Source: Methanomassiliicoccales archaeon | GTDB lineage: Archaea; Thermoplasmatota; Thermoplasmata; Methanomassiliicoccales; UBA472 | DNA: 35,277 bases | Assembly: GCA_050015815.1 (NCBI GenBank) | Contig: JBEKAR010000001.1 | Coordinates: forward strand, 1 to 35,277 | Direction: 5' to 3' | In this document: piece after piece, positions 8,157 to 15,785 of the stretch | How the letters are laid out: the number at the start of each line of letters is the position of its first letter | Position numbering within the stretch: position 1 is the stretch's first letter | The notes under the pieces: generated by a model | Told to the model about the DNA's origin: nothing | Database searches by the model: none | The model's input: only the letters and a program-made list of their open reading frames with translations | Position numbers and translations under genes: made by a program

Positions 8157-8732
8157 ATGATGGGAGCGGCCAAGGAGATCTACATCGAGGAGGTCATGAC
8201 CAAGGAGCCGAAGACCGGTAGGCCAGACATGACAGCCCAAGAAGCTGCGAAGGTGATGAGGAAGGCGCAGGTCGGGAGCCTGGTTGTAATGGACGGAAAG
8301 AGCCCCCTGGGCATCCTGACCGAAAGGGACATCATGGAGAAGGTCGTGGCCGAGGGGAAGGCGGCCTCGAAGGTCAAGGTCGGGGACATCATGTCGGAGC
8401 CGCTCATCACCGTCGGCCCGAAGGATACCGTCGGCGAGGTCGCGAAGAAGATGTCGACGATGAAGGTACGCCGCCTGCCCGTCGTGGAGAACGGCGTCCT
8501 GGTCGGCATCGTGACCGAGAACGACATGCTGCGGCTTTCCCCGTCATTGATAGAGCTTACCAGGGAGTACGCGAAGATGGGCGAGTGCGGCCCGATCGGC
8601 GAGGCGCCGACGACCACCGCCGGCTATTGCGAGAACTGCACTCAATACTCCGACGAGCTGATCGAGCGTGACGGCGAGCTGCTCTGCCGGGAATGCTACG
8701 ACCAGATAGGGTCGAGAGAAGAAGCGCAATGA
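8157..8732 (+). CDS. CBS-pair protein with C-terminal zinc ribbon
   Basis: Two CBS repeats (GILTERDIMEKV..., GIVTENDMLRL...) followed by CENC...(16 aa)...CREC. Confidence 0.85.
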   Translation: MMGAAKEIYIEEVMTKEPKTGRPDMTAQEAAKVMRKAQVGSLVVMDGKSPLGILTERDIMEKVVAEGKAASKVKVGDIMSEPLITVGPKDTVGEVAKKMSTMKVRRLPVVENGVLVGIVTENDMLRLSPSLIELTREYAKMGECGPIGEAPTTTAGYCENCTQYSDELIERDGELLCRECYDQIGSREEAQ

Positions 8733-8747
8733 TAGTGGCCTAAAGGC

Positions 8748-8993
8748 TCACTCCACCTTTATCTTCCGCAGCCCGATCGAGGGGCCAGTCTTTTCTGCTT
8801 TCTCGCACCGCTCCAAGTTTGCATCGATCATCGACCTGAACATGAGCAGCATCTCCTTGTGCGCGCCGATGGCGTGCTTACGCGCCTCCTCGGGCATGAC
8901 GAAGTTCTTGGACACGGTCTCCATGGCCGTGGCGAACTCGCTCGCCGCGTTCGCGAAATGCAGCTGCGCATCCCTGGGGATGGTGTGCTGCAT
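8748..8993 (-). CDS. small helical hypothetical protein downstream of the ArsA-like gene
   Basis: The track ORF 8748..9077 starts at a GTG inside the ArsA tail. ATG 8993 (MQHTIPRDAQLHF...) lies 13 nt after the ArsA stop behind GAGGAGGA. GC3-rich codon use matches the neighbours. No recognisable motif. Confidence 0.5.
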   Translation of the reverse strand: MQHTIPRDAQLHFANAASEFATAMETVSKNFVMPEEARKHAIGAHKEMLLMFRSMIDANLERCEKAEKTGPSIGLRKIKVE

Positions 8994-9006
8994 CCCCTCG
9001 TCCTCC

Positions 9007-10230
9007 TCAGGAGCCGCTCTTTGCGCTTCCTCGCTTCCCTTTCCGCTTTTCCTTGTTGACGCCATCGTCATCGCCACCTTCGAATCTGATTAGCAGCCGG
9101 CCCTCTTTGAACTCCGCCCTGGTCGTCTCCTTCTTCGTGAGCGTATATGGAAGGGTGATAGACCGCTTGTACCAGCCGACCTGAACGATTAGGGTCTCCC
9201 CTGACTTATATAATTCTACTTCCTGCTTCTCGGAGAAGGGCAGTTTGATCGACATCGTGTCGAGCCCGTTGTCGGTGTAGATCTCCAGCGCCTTCTCCCT
9301 GGAGTAGACGACGGTCGGATCGTCCTGGTGGAACAGCATCTCGGCGAGGATCTCGAGCGATCCCCAGCCCAGCAGCTCCGTGCTGAACTGCGTCGCGGTG
9401 AGCATCTTCAAGGGGCTGAACCCCTCCTCGATGACCTTCATGTAGTACGCCTGCTCCTCCAGCTTCTTCTTGAAGTACTCGCCGTTCGCCTCCTCCGGCA
9501 GGAGGCGGTTGATGATCAAGGCCTCGACGGTCAGGTTGTAGAGGCTCAGGTAGGTGAAGGCGCGCTTCGTCTCGTTGATCACCATCCTCTCGGGATTGAC
9601 GACGAGGCGGACGCTCGTGATGTTCGGGTCGACCAGGATGTCCTTGACCCTCTTCATCCGATCCCTTATCGCATCGATGTCCTTGAACAGCTCATCGGAC
9701 GGCAGAGGGGCGTTCATGATCTTCCCCACCGTGAGGCGCGCGAGCCTGACCATGTTCCTCATGACCCGGTATAGCTTGTCGAAGTACCAGTCGGACACGT
9801 CGGGGAACGAGAGCAGGCGCAGCGTCTCGCCCGTTGGTGCCGTATCGAGGATGACGACGTCGTACTCCCCCGACTGGTCGTAATCCCAGAGATAGAAGAG
9901 CGCGGACATCAGCTCCATGCCAGGCCAGACGGACATCTCCTTCGCCGTGACGCCCTCGATCCCCTGGGACTGGAGGAACTCGGTCACGTACTGGTCGATC
10001 TCCTTCCATCGGTGCTCCATCTCGTACAGGACATCGACTTCGAGCGCGTCAAGGTTGGGGGCAATGTTCTTCGGCTGCCCGGAGAGCGGGACCTCGAGCG
10101 AGTCGGCGAGAGAATGCGCCTGGTCTGTGCTGATCGCGATCGTCCGGTACCCGAGGGCAGCGGAGCGTAGCGCGGTCGCCGCGGCGACGGAGGTCTTGCC
10201 CACGCCGCCCTTGCCGGTGTAGATGATCAC
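9007..10230 (-). CDS. ArsA/GET3-family ATPase with C-terminal Hsp20 (alpha-crystallin)-like domain
   Basis: P-loop GKGGVGKTS at the N-terminus and an A-loop/switch region DTAPTGETLRLL. The last ~70 aa (IKLPFSEKQEVELYKSGETLIVQVGWYKRSITLPYTL...AEFKEGRLLIRF) follows the alpha-crystallin strand pattern. GTG start. Confidence 0.85.
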   Translation of the reverse strand: MIIYTGKGGVGKTSVAAATALRSAALGYRTIAISTDQAHSLADSLEVPLSGQPKNIAPNLDALEVDVLYEMEHRWKEIDQYVTEFLQSQGIEGVTAKEMSVWPGMELMSALFYLWDYDQSGEYDVVILDTAPTGETLRLLSFPDVSDWYFDKLYRVMRNMVRLARLTVGKIMNAPLPSDELFKDIDAIRDRMKRVKDILVDPNITSVRLVVNPERMVINETKRAFTYLSLYNLTVEALIINRLLPEEANGEYFKKKLEEQAYYMKVIEEGFSPLKMLTATQFSTELLGWGSLEILAEMLFHQDDPTVVYSREKALEIYTDNGLDTMSIKLPFSEKQEVELYKSGETLIVQVGWYKRSITLPYTLTKKETTRAEFKEGRLLIRFEGGDDDGVNKEKRKGKRGSAKSGS

Positions 10231-10343
10231 CCTGATTGGAACACCAGGCGGGTGACCGACTAACGGCTACAAGAAGATGAGGTCTTGCGCCGCCTTTCGA
10301 GCCGGCGGAACGACCTTGGAGAAACGGATGAAAAGCGGGAAGG

Positions 10344-10449
10344 TGCCGGGGACGGGGTTCGAACCCGTGACCTTCGGATCTCCCTGGATGGGGTCTGGTC
10401 GACGAAATCCCTATGAGTCCGACGCTCCACCAGGCTGAGCCACCCCGGC
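10344..10449 (-). tRNA. tRNA-Met (anticodon CAU; elongator type, Ile2 not excluded) with a 32-nt intron at 37/38
   Basis: Exon 1 is 10449..10412 (GCCGGGGTGGCTCAGCCTGGTGGAGCGTCGGACTCATA). The intron is 10411..10380 (GGGATTTCGTCGACCAGACCCCATCCAGGGAG). Exon 2 is 10379..10344 (ATCCGAAGGTCACGGGTTCGAACCCCGTCCCCGGCA). Acceptor stem GCCGGGG/CCCCGGC, anticodon stem TCGGA/TCCGA, T arm ACGGG-TTCGAAC-CCCGT. The splice sites fit a slightly relaxed bulge-helix-bulge: bulges TA|G and AG|A, inner helix GGAT/ATCC. Confidence 0.85.
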
Positions 10450-10456
10450 GTTAGTC

Positions 10457-11251
10457 TCACTGCTCGCCGGATCCCTTCTCCTCGTTCAGTACCTCTTCCT
10501 CGGAAACCTCTTCCTCGGACTTTATCTCCTCGGTCTCCTCGGGCTGGGCCGCCGGCGCTTCCGTCGTGGTCGCCTCGCCCTCGGTGGGCTTCGCTTCCTC
10601 GGCCGGCGCCTCGATGATCGACTGATCCTGCGACGCCTTGCTGCCCATCTCGAGCACCTCGGTCTTGCGGATCTCGACCCTCTTGATCGGTACGATGACC
10701 TTCGAAACGTTCGACAGGTCCCTCGCCATGTCCCCGGAGATGATCGCCTTCACCAGTTCGGATAACGTCATCTCGGACGCGCTCTTCTGCAGGGCGTTCG
10801 TCATCAGCGTCCTGACGGCGGTCTCCTGCGAGGCCTGGATCCTCTTGTCGGTGATGCTCATCGGCTTGATCCTGATCTTGTAGCCGTCCTTCGTGACGAC
10901 ATCGATGACGTGGTCGGTCTTCGTCTTCTTCCTGCGGGTCAACCGGCGGATGTAGTCGCTCGTCAGGTCCTGCCCGACGAAGATGGTGTGCGCCTCGAAG
11001 CCCCGGACGTCATCCACCTTGAACTTGAGCTTGACGTGCATCTTGGAGAAATCGCCGGTTAGATCATGGACCGTGACCTCTGTCATCCTCCCGACGAGGC
11101 TCGCGGCGTCAGCGCTCGGCGTCTCACCGAGGACAGCCTGGTTGAACATCATCGGGGCGTGGATCTTGTACCACTCCTTCGCCTTCCATCGGTCCTTGAC
11201 CTTCCTCGCGGTCGGCTTCTGCACCGCCGCCTTCTTCTTCTCAGTGGCCAA
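10457..11251 (-). CDS. rps3ae: 30S ribosomal protein S3Ae (eS1) with acidic C-terminal tail
   Basis: N-terminus KVKDRWKAKEWYKIHAPMMF and a core typical of S3Ae. TTG start at 11251 sits 7 nt behind GGAGG (11259..11263 on +). The last ~60 aa are E/T/A/P-rich. Confidence 0.9.
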   Translation of the reverse strand: MATEKKKAAVQKPTARKVKDRWKAKEWYKIHAPMMFNQAVLGETPSADAASLVGRMTEVTVHDLTGDFSKMHVKLKFKVDDVRGFEAHTIFVGQDLTSDYIRRLTRRKKTKTDHVIDVVTKDGYKIRIKPMSITDKRIQASQETAVRTLMTNALQKSASEMTLSELVKAIISGDMARDLSNVSKVIVPIKRVEIRKTEVLEMGSKASQDQSIIEAPAEEAKPTEGEATTTEAPAAQPEETEEIKSEEEVSEEEVLNEEKGSGEQ

Positions 11252-11295
11252 CTAATAGCCTCCGTGCTTCAGGCAGATTCGGAAACCCATCTCCC

Positions 11296-11309
11296 TATTA
11301 AAGCTTTAT
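11296..11309 (-). promoter_or_regulatory. BRE/TATA promoter of S3Ae
   Basis: Minus strand reads ATAAAGCTTTAATA, about 48 nt upstream of the TTG start. This leaves a ~20-nt leader carrying the GGAGG. Confidence 0.5.
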
Positions 11310-11549
11310 CGGCAATCGCGGGCGGCCGGACGGGCGGCTATACATCAGTCCAGAGCCTCCACGAGCTACGATTCGCCGGCCAACCAAGGGTTTGTTTAAG
11401 GACTTGTCCACGCGAAGCATCCGGCAGTGGCTAGAGGGGGCACGCGTGTTCCCGTTACCTTTCAAACCTGCCAAGCTTCGTATTCCTTGTCTAGGAACGC
11501 CTATGGACCTCTCCTAACCAGTACTAGAAAACGGAACTCTCGAGCTAAT

Positions 11550-11843
11550 TCACTGGGTCTTGCCAAGCCTATCGTGCTCGATTACCTTCTCGATCGAGGC
11601 GCGTGAAACCGGCGTGAGCTCGCACTCCTGCTCCTTCAGCTCCGCCTCGAGCTGCTCCATCGAAGAGATGGTGTCGAGAAAGAAAGTGAGGTAGGAGAGG
11701 GTGTCTTCGATCTGCAGGGCGACGAACCTGTCGCCCATGCTCAGCTCCCTCCTCCTCCGCCTCGCCTCAAGATTAACGAAGGGGCGCAGCTCGTCGGGCA
11801 TCTCGCCTACCGTGTACACCCCGACCAGCTGCGCTTTGAACAA
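11550..11843 (-). CDS. small hypothetical protein immediately downstream of hdrB
   Basis: 97-aa track ORF starting at TTG 11843, 9 nt after the hdrB stop. ATG 11801 (MPDELRPFVNLEARRRRRELS...) is an alternative start. GC3-rich codon use as in neighbours. No motif recognised. Confidence 0.5.
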   Translation of the reverse strand: MFKAQLVGVYTVGEMPDELRPFVNLEARRRRRELSMGDRFVALQIEDTLSYLTFFLDTISSMEQLEAELKEQECELTPVSRASIEKVIEHDRLGKTQ

Positions 11844-11852
11844 ACCGATGCC

Positions 11853-12704
11853 TCAGAGCTTGAACTTGACCTCGTGCGCGTCGAGACCGAGCGACTCCTT
11901 CGGGAGCCCGAAGGCCATGCCGTACAGCTGCGAGAGGTGGATGATCGGTATGTCGTAGCCGGGCAGGTCCTTCTGCGACCGGTCGTACTGAAGGTGGCAG
12001 AACGGACAAACGTCCAGGATCATCTGGCCGTTGACCTTCTTCACGTTCTTCAGCTTCTCCTCGGTCATCTTGAGGGCGATCGCGGAGTCGCGGGATCGGA
12101 CTCCACCACCGGCGCCGCAGCACATGATCTTGTCCTTGTAGTTGATGCTCTTCGCTCCTGTCACCTCGACCAGCTCGTCGAGGATGCGCGGCCTCTCCGG
12201 GTCGTCCAGGTTCTTGATCCTCGAGGGCTTGATGAAGTGGCAGCCGTAGTGCACCGCCACGTTATAGCTCAGGGGGTTCTTGACCTGGGCCTTGATCCTC
12301 TCAACCCCGACATCCTTGTACAGGACCTCGGCGAAGTGCCTGACCTTGGTCGTGCCGTTGTACTTCAGGCCGACCTTGGCGAGCACCTCGTTGACCTCCT
12401 TGAGCTTCTCCGGGTGGTGGGCGAGGACGTAGTTGACCTCGAACATCGAGCCGTAGCAGCCGTTGCAGATGGTCATGACGTCGACACCTTTCTTCTCCGC
12501 CAGGGCGAGGTTTCTCGCACCCAAGGCGAGCCAGGTCGTCTGGTCGAAGGAGCGGATGACTCCGGGGGCGGGGCAGCAACCGGCGCCCTCAAGCTCGACG
12601 AGCTCGACGTTGAGCGCCTTGAAGACCTCGCGCGTCGCCTTCTCGATGCCTGGGTACCTGTACGGAGCGACACAGCCCAAGAACAACGCGAACTTAGCCA
12701 TCAC
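11853..12704 (-). CDS. hdrB: heterodisulfide reductase subunit B
   Basis: 283 aa with two CCG-type cysteine motifs (GAGCCPAPG..., IMCCGAGGG) and LGCVAPYRYPG at the N-terminus. Its start overlaps the hdrC stop (ATGA). Confidence 0.9.
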   Translation of the reverse strand: MMAKFALFLGCVAPYRYPGIEKATREVFKALNVELVELEGAGCCPAPGVIRSFDQTTWLALGARNLALAEKKGVDVMTICNGCYGSMFEVNYVLAHHPEKLKEVNEVLAKVGLKYNGTTKVRHFAEVLYKDVGVERIKAQVKNPLSYNVAVHYGCHFIKPSRIKNLDDPERPRILDELVEVTGAKSINYKDKIMCCGAGGGVRSRDSAIALKMTEEKLKNVKKVNGQMILDVCPFCHLQYDRSQKDLPGYDIPIIHLSQLYGMAFGLPKESLGLDAHEVKFKL

Positions 12705-13222
12705 TTCTTCCCTCCCTTCATCAGTTTGTCGAAGCCAGTGATCTCCATCACCTTGCGGAAGTCCTCCATTGCCTTCGTGTCGGAGACGGTGGTCGGCGGC
12801 TCGGCCGGGAGACCCATGCTCGCTCTGAGCTTCTTCATGTCATCCCCGAACGGGACTGTGGAACCGATCTTCATCATGTTCTCACCGATCTTCTTATGCG
12901 CCTCGGACATGTAGCCCTCGCGCACGGCGAAGTTCCGCAGGATGAATATGATGTCAGGAATCTCGACCATGCGCGGGCAGCGCTCGACGCAGGTGTAGCA
13001 TGTGGTGCACAGCCACAGCTCCTCCGTCGGAAGGATCTCGTCCTTCAGGCCCAGCTGGGCCCGCCTGATCGTCTGGCGAATCCTGAACGCCGTCAGCCTG
13101 CCGGAGGGGCAGGAACCCGTGCAGGTCCCGCACAAGTAGCAGGCCATCAAGGTCTCGCCGCCAGGCCCTCCGTTCTCGACCTTCTTCGTGAACTCTGGAT
13201 TGGGCTCTACGACCTTTGCCAT
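12701..13222 (-). CDS. hdrC: heterodisulfide reductase subunit C
   Basis: 173 aa with two [4Fe-4S] ferredoxin motifs, CYLCGTCTGSCP and CTTCYTCVERCP. AGGTG lies 8 nt upstream of the ATG. Confidence 0.9.
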   Translation of the reverse strand: MAKVVEPNPEFTKKVENGGPGGETLMACYLCGTCTGSCPSGRLTAFRIRQTIRRAQLGLKDEILPTEELWLCTTCYTCVERCPRMVEIPDIIFILRNFAVREGYMSEAHKKIGENMMKIGSTVPFGDDMKKLRASMGLPAEPPTTVSDTKAMEDFRKVMEITGFDKLMKGGKK

Positions 13223-13254
13223 CGTTGCACCTGTGGTCGCCTAACGACAGTGTG

Positions 13255-13263
13255 TTATTTAAA
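13255..13263 (-). promoter_or_regulatory. TATA box of hdrCB
   Basis: Minus strand reads TTTAAATAA, about 37 nt upstream of ATG 13222. Confidence 0.45.
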
Positions 13264-13264
13264 C

Positions 13265-13292
13265 GGTGACTCAAAAACCATTCAGTGTCACC
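13265..13292. promoter_or_regulatory. inverted repeat GGTGAC-N16-GTCACC abutting the hdrC TATA box
   Basis: Arms at 13265..13270 and 13287..13292 are perfect reverse complements. The repeat lies between the stop of the regulator gene (13322) and the hdrC TATA. Confidence 0.35.
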
Positions 13293-13321
13293 TAAAATGG
13301 TAATACAATCCGACCAGGGAC

Positions 13322-14125
13322 CTACAGACGCTCCTTCCTGAGCTCGCGGAGGAGCCAATCGATCTCTTGATCCTCCTTCCGGTAGATTGCCAGAATCTTG
13401 TGCTTCAGAAGCTCTGGGTCGGTCGAGCTAGACAACCTCAGGCCTCTTCTTAGTGCCAAGCTTTCGTTTACGAAGAAGCTCCGATTGCCGCGCACTAGTG
13501 CTGAGACGGAGCGGCTCGTTCCCTCAATCGAGTAGCTCCTCTGCATCGAGTCAAGATGGCGGAATCCCAGGCGCTGGGCTCCGTAGCGGAAGCGGACGTA
13601 CTTCTCGCCCCGGTCGATGTGGAGCAGCCTGTCCTCTGCCGCCTCCTCGAATCCGACCTCCTCCATATCGTAGGCCGCCAGGGGGTCGTCCAGCAGCACG
13701 ACGTCCATTAGACCTGCCTTGAAATCCTTGATGTTGCGCTCATCATCGGATATCACCAGGTCATACATCGCCTCTGGGTCCAGCCTCGAAAGGACGGCCA
13801 AAAGCAACTCCTCGGTGATGATCGTGCCGCCGATAACCGTGGACTCGCCAAGTCTCATCCTCTCGATCAGGGCCGCGTACTCCTGCGCGATTCCTTTGCC
13901 ATCGTCATTGAGTTCAGTCCCCCGCGGAGTTGTGATGAGGAGCGCCGCGCCGCACTTCGCCTCTACCTGCGCCAGGTACCGGTGGACGACCGGCACCGCA
14001 AGGCCGAGCTGCTCCGCCGCCTTCCTTTGGCTGCCCTTCCGGTAAACGGCGAGGAGCACGTCAAGCTGGTGCGGCGTTAGAGCGACACCATTTACCCTCA
14101 ATGATACAACTGGCTCAACCTGCAC
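13322..14125 (-). CDS. LysR/ModE-type winged-HTH transcriptional regulator with substrate-binding-like C-terminal domain
   Basis: HTH segment LTPHQLDVLLAVYRKGSQRKAAEQLGLAVPVVHRYLAQVEAK. The track ORF begins at TTG 14245 and would overlap the divergent MFS gene. There is no in-frame ATG, so I prefer GTG 14125 (TTG 14101 is also possible). Stop is TAG. Confidence 0.65.
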   Translation of the reverse strand: MQVEPVVSLRVNGVALTPHQLDVLLAVYRKGSQRKAAEQLGLAVPVVHRYLAQVEAKCGAALLITTPRGTELNDDGKGIAQEYAALIERMRLGESTVIGGTIITEELLLAVLSRLDPEAMYDLVISDDERNIKDFKAGLMDVVLLDDPLAAYDMEEVGFEEAAEDRLLHIDRGEKYVRFRYGAQRLGFRHLDSMQRSYSIEGTSRSVSALVRGNRSFFVNESLALRRGLRLSSSTDPELLKHKILAIYRKEDQEIDWLLRELRKERL

Positions 14126-14205
14126 GGTCTGGCATTGCCCCCTGGATACTTCAATACATTCATTAGGATGCGAGCGGACAGAGCGTTCCAAGGACCGCAG
14201 AGTCT

Positions 14206-15714
14206 GTGTACCCCAACCATCATACGGCTGACGCCGGGGCGCCAATCGTGGACCAGGAGAGAAGCTATCGCCGGACCGTGCTGCTCATCACCTCGATAGG
14301 GGCGATGATGGCGCCGCTCGACAGCACCATCGTCTCAGTCTCGCTTCCGACGATGGCCAGCGACCTCAACATGGACTACGCCTCGATCATCTGGGTGCCG
14401 ACCGCCTACCTCGTCGCCCTGGCGGTGCTGATCCTGAGCGTCGGCAGGCTATCGGACATCCGGGGGCGGAAGCCGATCTTCATCACCGGTTTCATTATCT
14501 TCGTCATCGGCTCATTCCTCTGCAGCATCGCGCCAAATGGCGGAGAACTGATCCTGTTCCGCGTCGTCCAAGGGGTCGGTGCCGCGTTCTTCGGAGCGAC
14601 CTCGGCCGCGATCATCACCGACACCTTCCCGCGCGAGGAAAGGGGGAAGGCGCTCGGCATCAACGCCATGGCGGTCTACATCGGCCTCTCCCTTGGACCT
14701 CCTCTCGGAGGCGCGCTCACCGCCGCGTTCGGCTGGCGCTCCATATTCTACATCAACATCCCGATCGGCATCGCCGTGGTCCTGATGGCGAACCACTACA
14801 TCAACGAGGGAGTGTCGGCCCGGAGGAAGGAGCGGTTCGACATCAGGGGGCTGCTCACCTTCTCCATCGGCCTGGTGTCGCTGCTGGTCGCGCTCACGCT
14901 CGGCGAGCAATGGGGTTGGACGTCTGCCGGCATCATCATACTCGAGGCGCTCGCGGTCGTCTTCCTCGCCATGTTCGTCCTGATCGAGAGAGGACTCGGG
15001 AGCAGGGCGATGCTCGACCTCTCCCTCATCACTCGGAACCGCCTGTTCGCCGCGGCGAACATATCGGCCCTCCTCAACTACATCTCGTACTTCGGAGTCT
15101 CGCTCATCCTCTCATTCTACTTGCAGCGCGTCCTTGGATTGTCGGTGCTCGAGACGGGCCTAGTGCTTTTGGTGATGCCGATAACGATGGCCGTACTGTC
15201 CCCGATCAGTGGCCTGCTCTCGGACCGCATGGGTTCGCGCTTCCTCGCTTCAGCAGGTATGTTCATCATTGCTGGTGGCCTCGTCCTGCTTTCTCTCCTC
15301 GGCGTCGACTCGTCGACGGTCCTGGTCGGAATCGGACTTCTCGTCGTCGGACTGGGCATGGGACTTTTCGCCTCGCCTAACACGAGCGCCGTAATGGGGT
15401 GCGTCCCGAGGAACCAGCTTGGCGTGGCCTCGGGAACGCTCGCAACGATGAGGTTCGTGGGCCAGGCGACGAGCCTCGCGGTAATGGGGGCAATCGTCGC
15501 CACGGTCGCGTCGACCGCGGTCGTCTCGAGCCTCTTCACCGGCCTCGACATCGGAAGCATCCAGGTCGCCTCCCAGGACTTCGTCAACGGCATGCGTCTG
15601 GCCTTCCTTGTCTCAGCGGCGATCGCGGTCATCGGGGCGATAACCTCGCTTGCGAGGGGGCCCACGACGGTTGACGAGGGCGGCCCGTGCCCAGTCAAAC
15701 CGGAGAATCAGTGA
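14206..15714 (+). CDS. MFS transporter, DHA2 (EmrB/QacA-like, 14-TMS type)
   Basis: 502 aa and highly hydrophobic. Boxes LDSTIVSVSLPTM and GRLSDIRGRKP (MFS motif A) and length fit the DHA2 drug:H+ antiporter family. The start is GTG 14206 or in-frame GTG 14248. Confidence 0.8.
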   Translation: MYPNHHTADAGAPIVDQERSYRRTVLLITSIGAMMAPLDSTIVSVSLPTMASDLNMDYASIIWVPTAYLVALAVLILSVGRLSDIRGRKPIFITGFIIFVIGSFLCSIAPNGGELILFRVVQGVGAAFFGATSAAIITDTFPREERGKALGINAMAVYIGLSLGPPLGGALTAAFGWRSIFYINIPIGIAVVLMANHYINEGVSARRKERFDIRGLLTFSIGLVSLLVALTLGEQWGWTSAGIIILEALAVVFLAMFVLIERGLGSRAMLDLSLITRNRLFAAANISALLNYISYFGVSLILSFYLQRVLGLSVLETGLVLLVMPITMAVLSPISGLLSDRMGSRFLASAGMFIIAGGLVLLSLLGVDSSTVLVGIGLLVVGLGMGLFASPNTSAVMGCVPRNQLGVASGTLATMRFVGQATSLAVMGAIVATVASTAVVSSLFTGLDIGSIQVASQDFVNGMRLAFLVSAAIAVIGAITSLARGPTTVDEGGPCPVKPENQ

Positions 15715-15754
15715 TGTGATTCTGGATAGAATTCGTAGACGACGTTCAAAACCC

Positions 15755-15761
15755 TTTTATT
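15755..15761 (+). promoter_or_regulatory. TATA box of the hydrogenase protease gene
   Basis: AAACCCTTTTATTCC context; the centre is 28 nt upstream of ATG 15786 (leaderless spacing). Confidence 0.45.
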
Positions 15762-15785
15762 CCGCGCCAACTTCCCCAGCAGCAG

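Noticed and set aside
11874-12914. 346-aa plus-strand ORF
   Set aside because: Antisense shadow of hdrB/hdrC, which have clear CCG and ferredoxin motifs.
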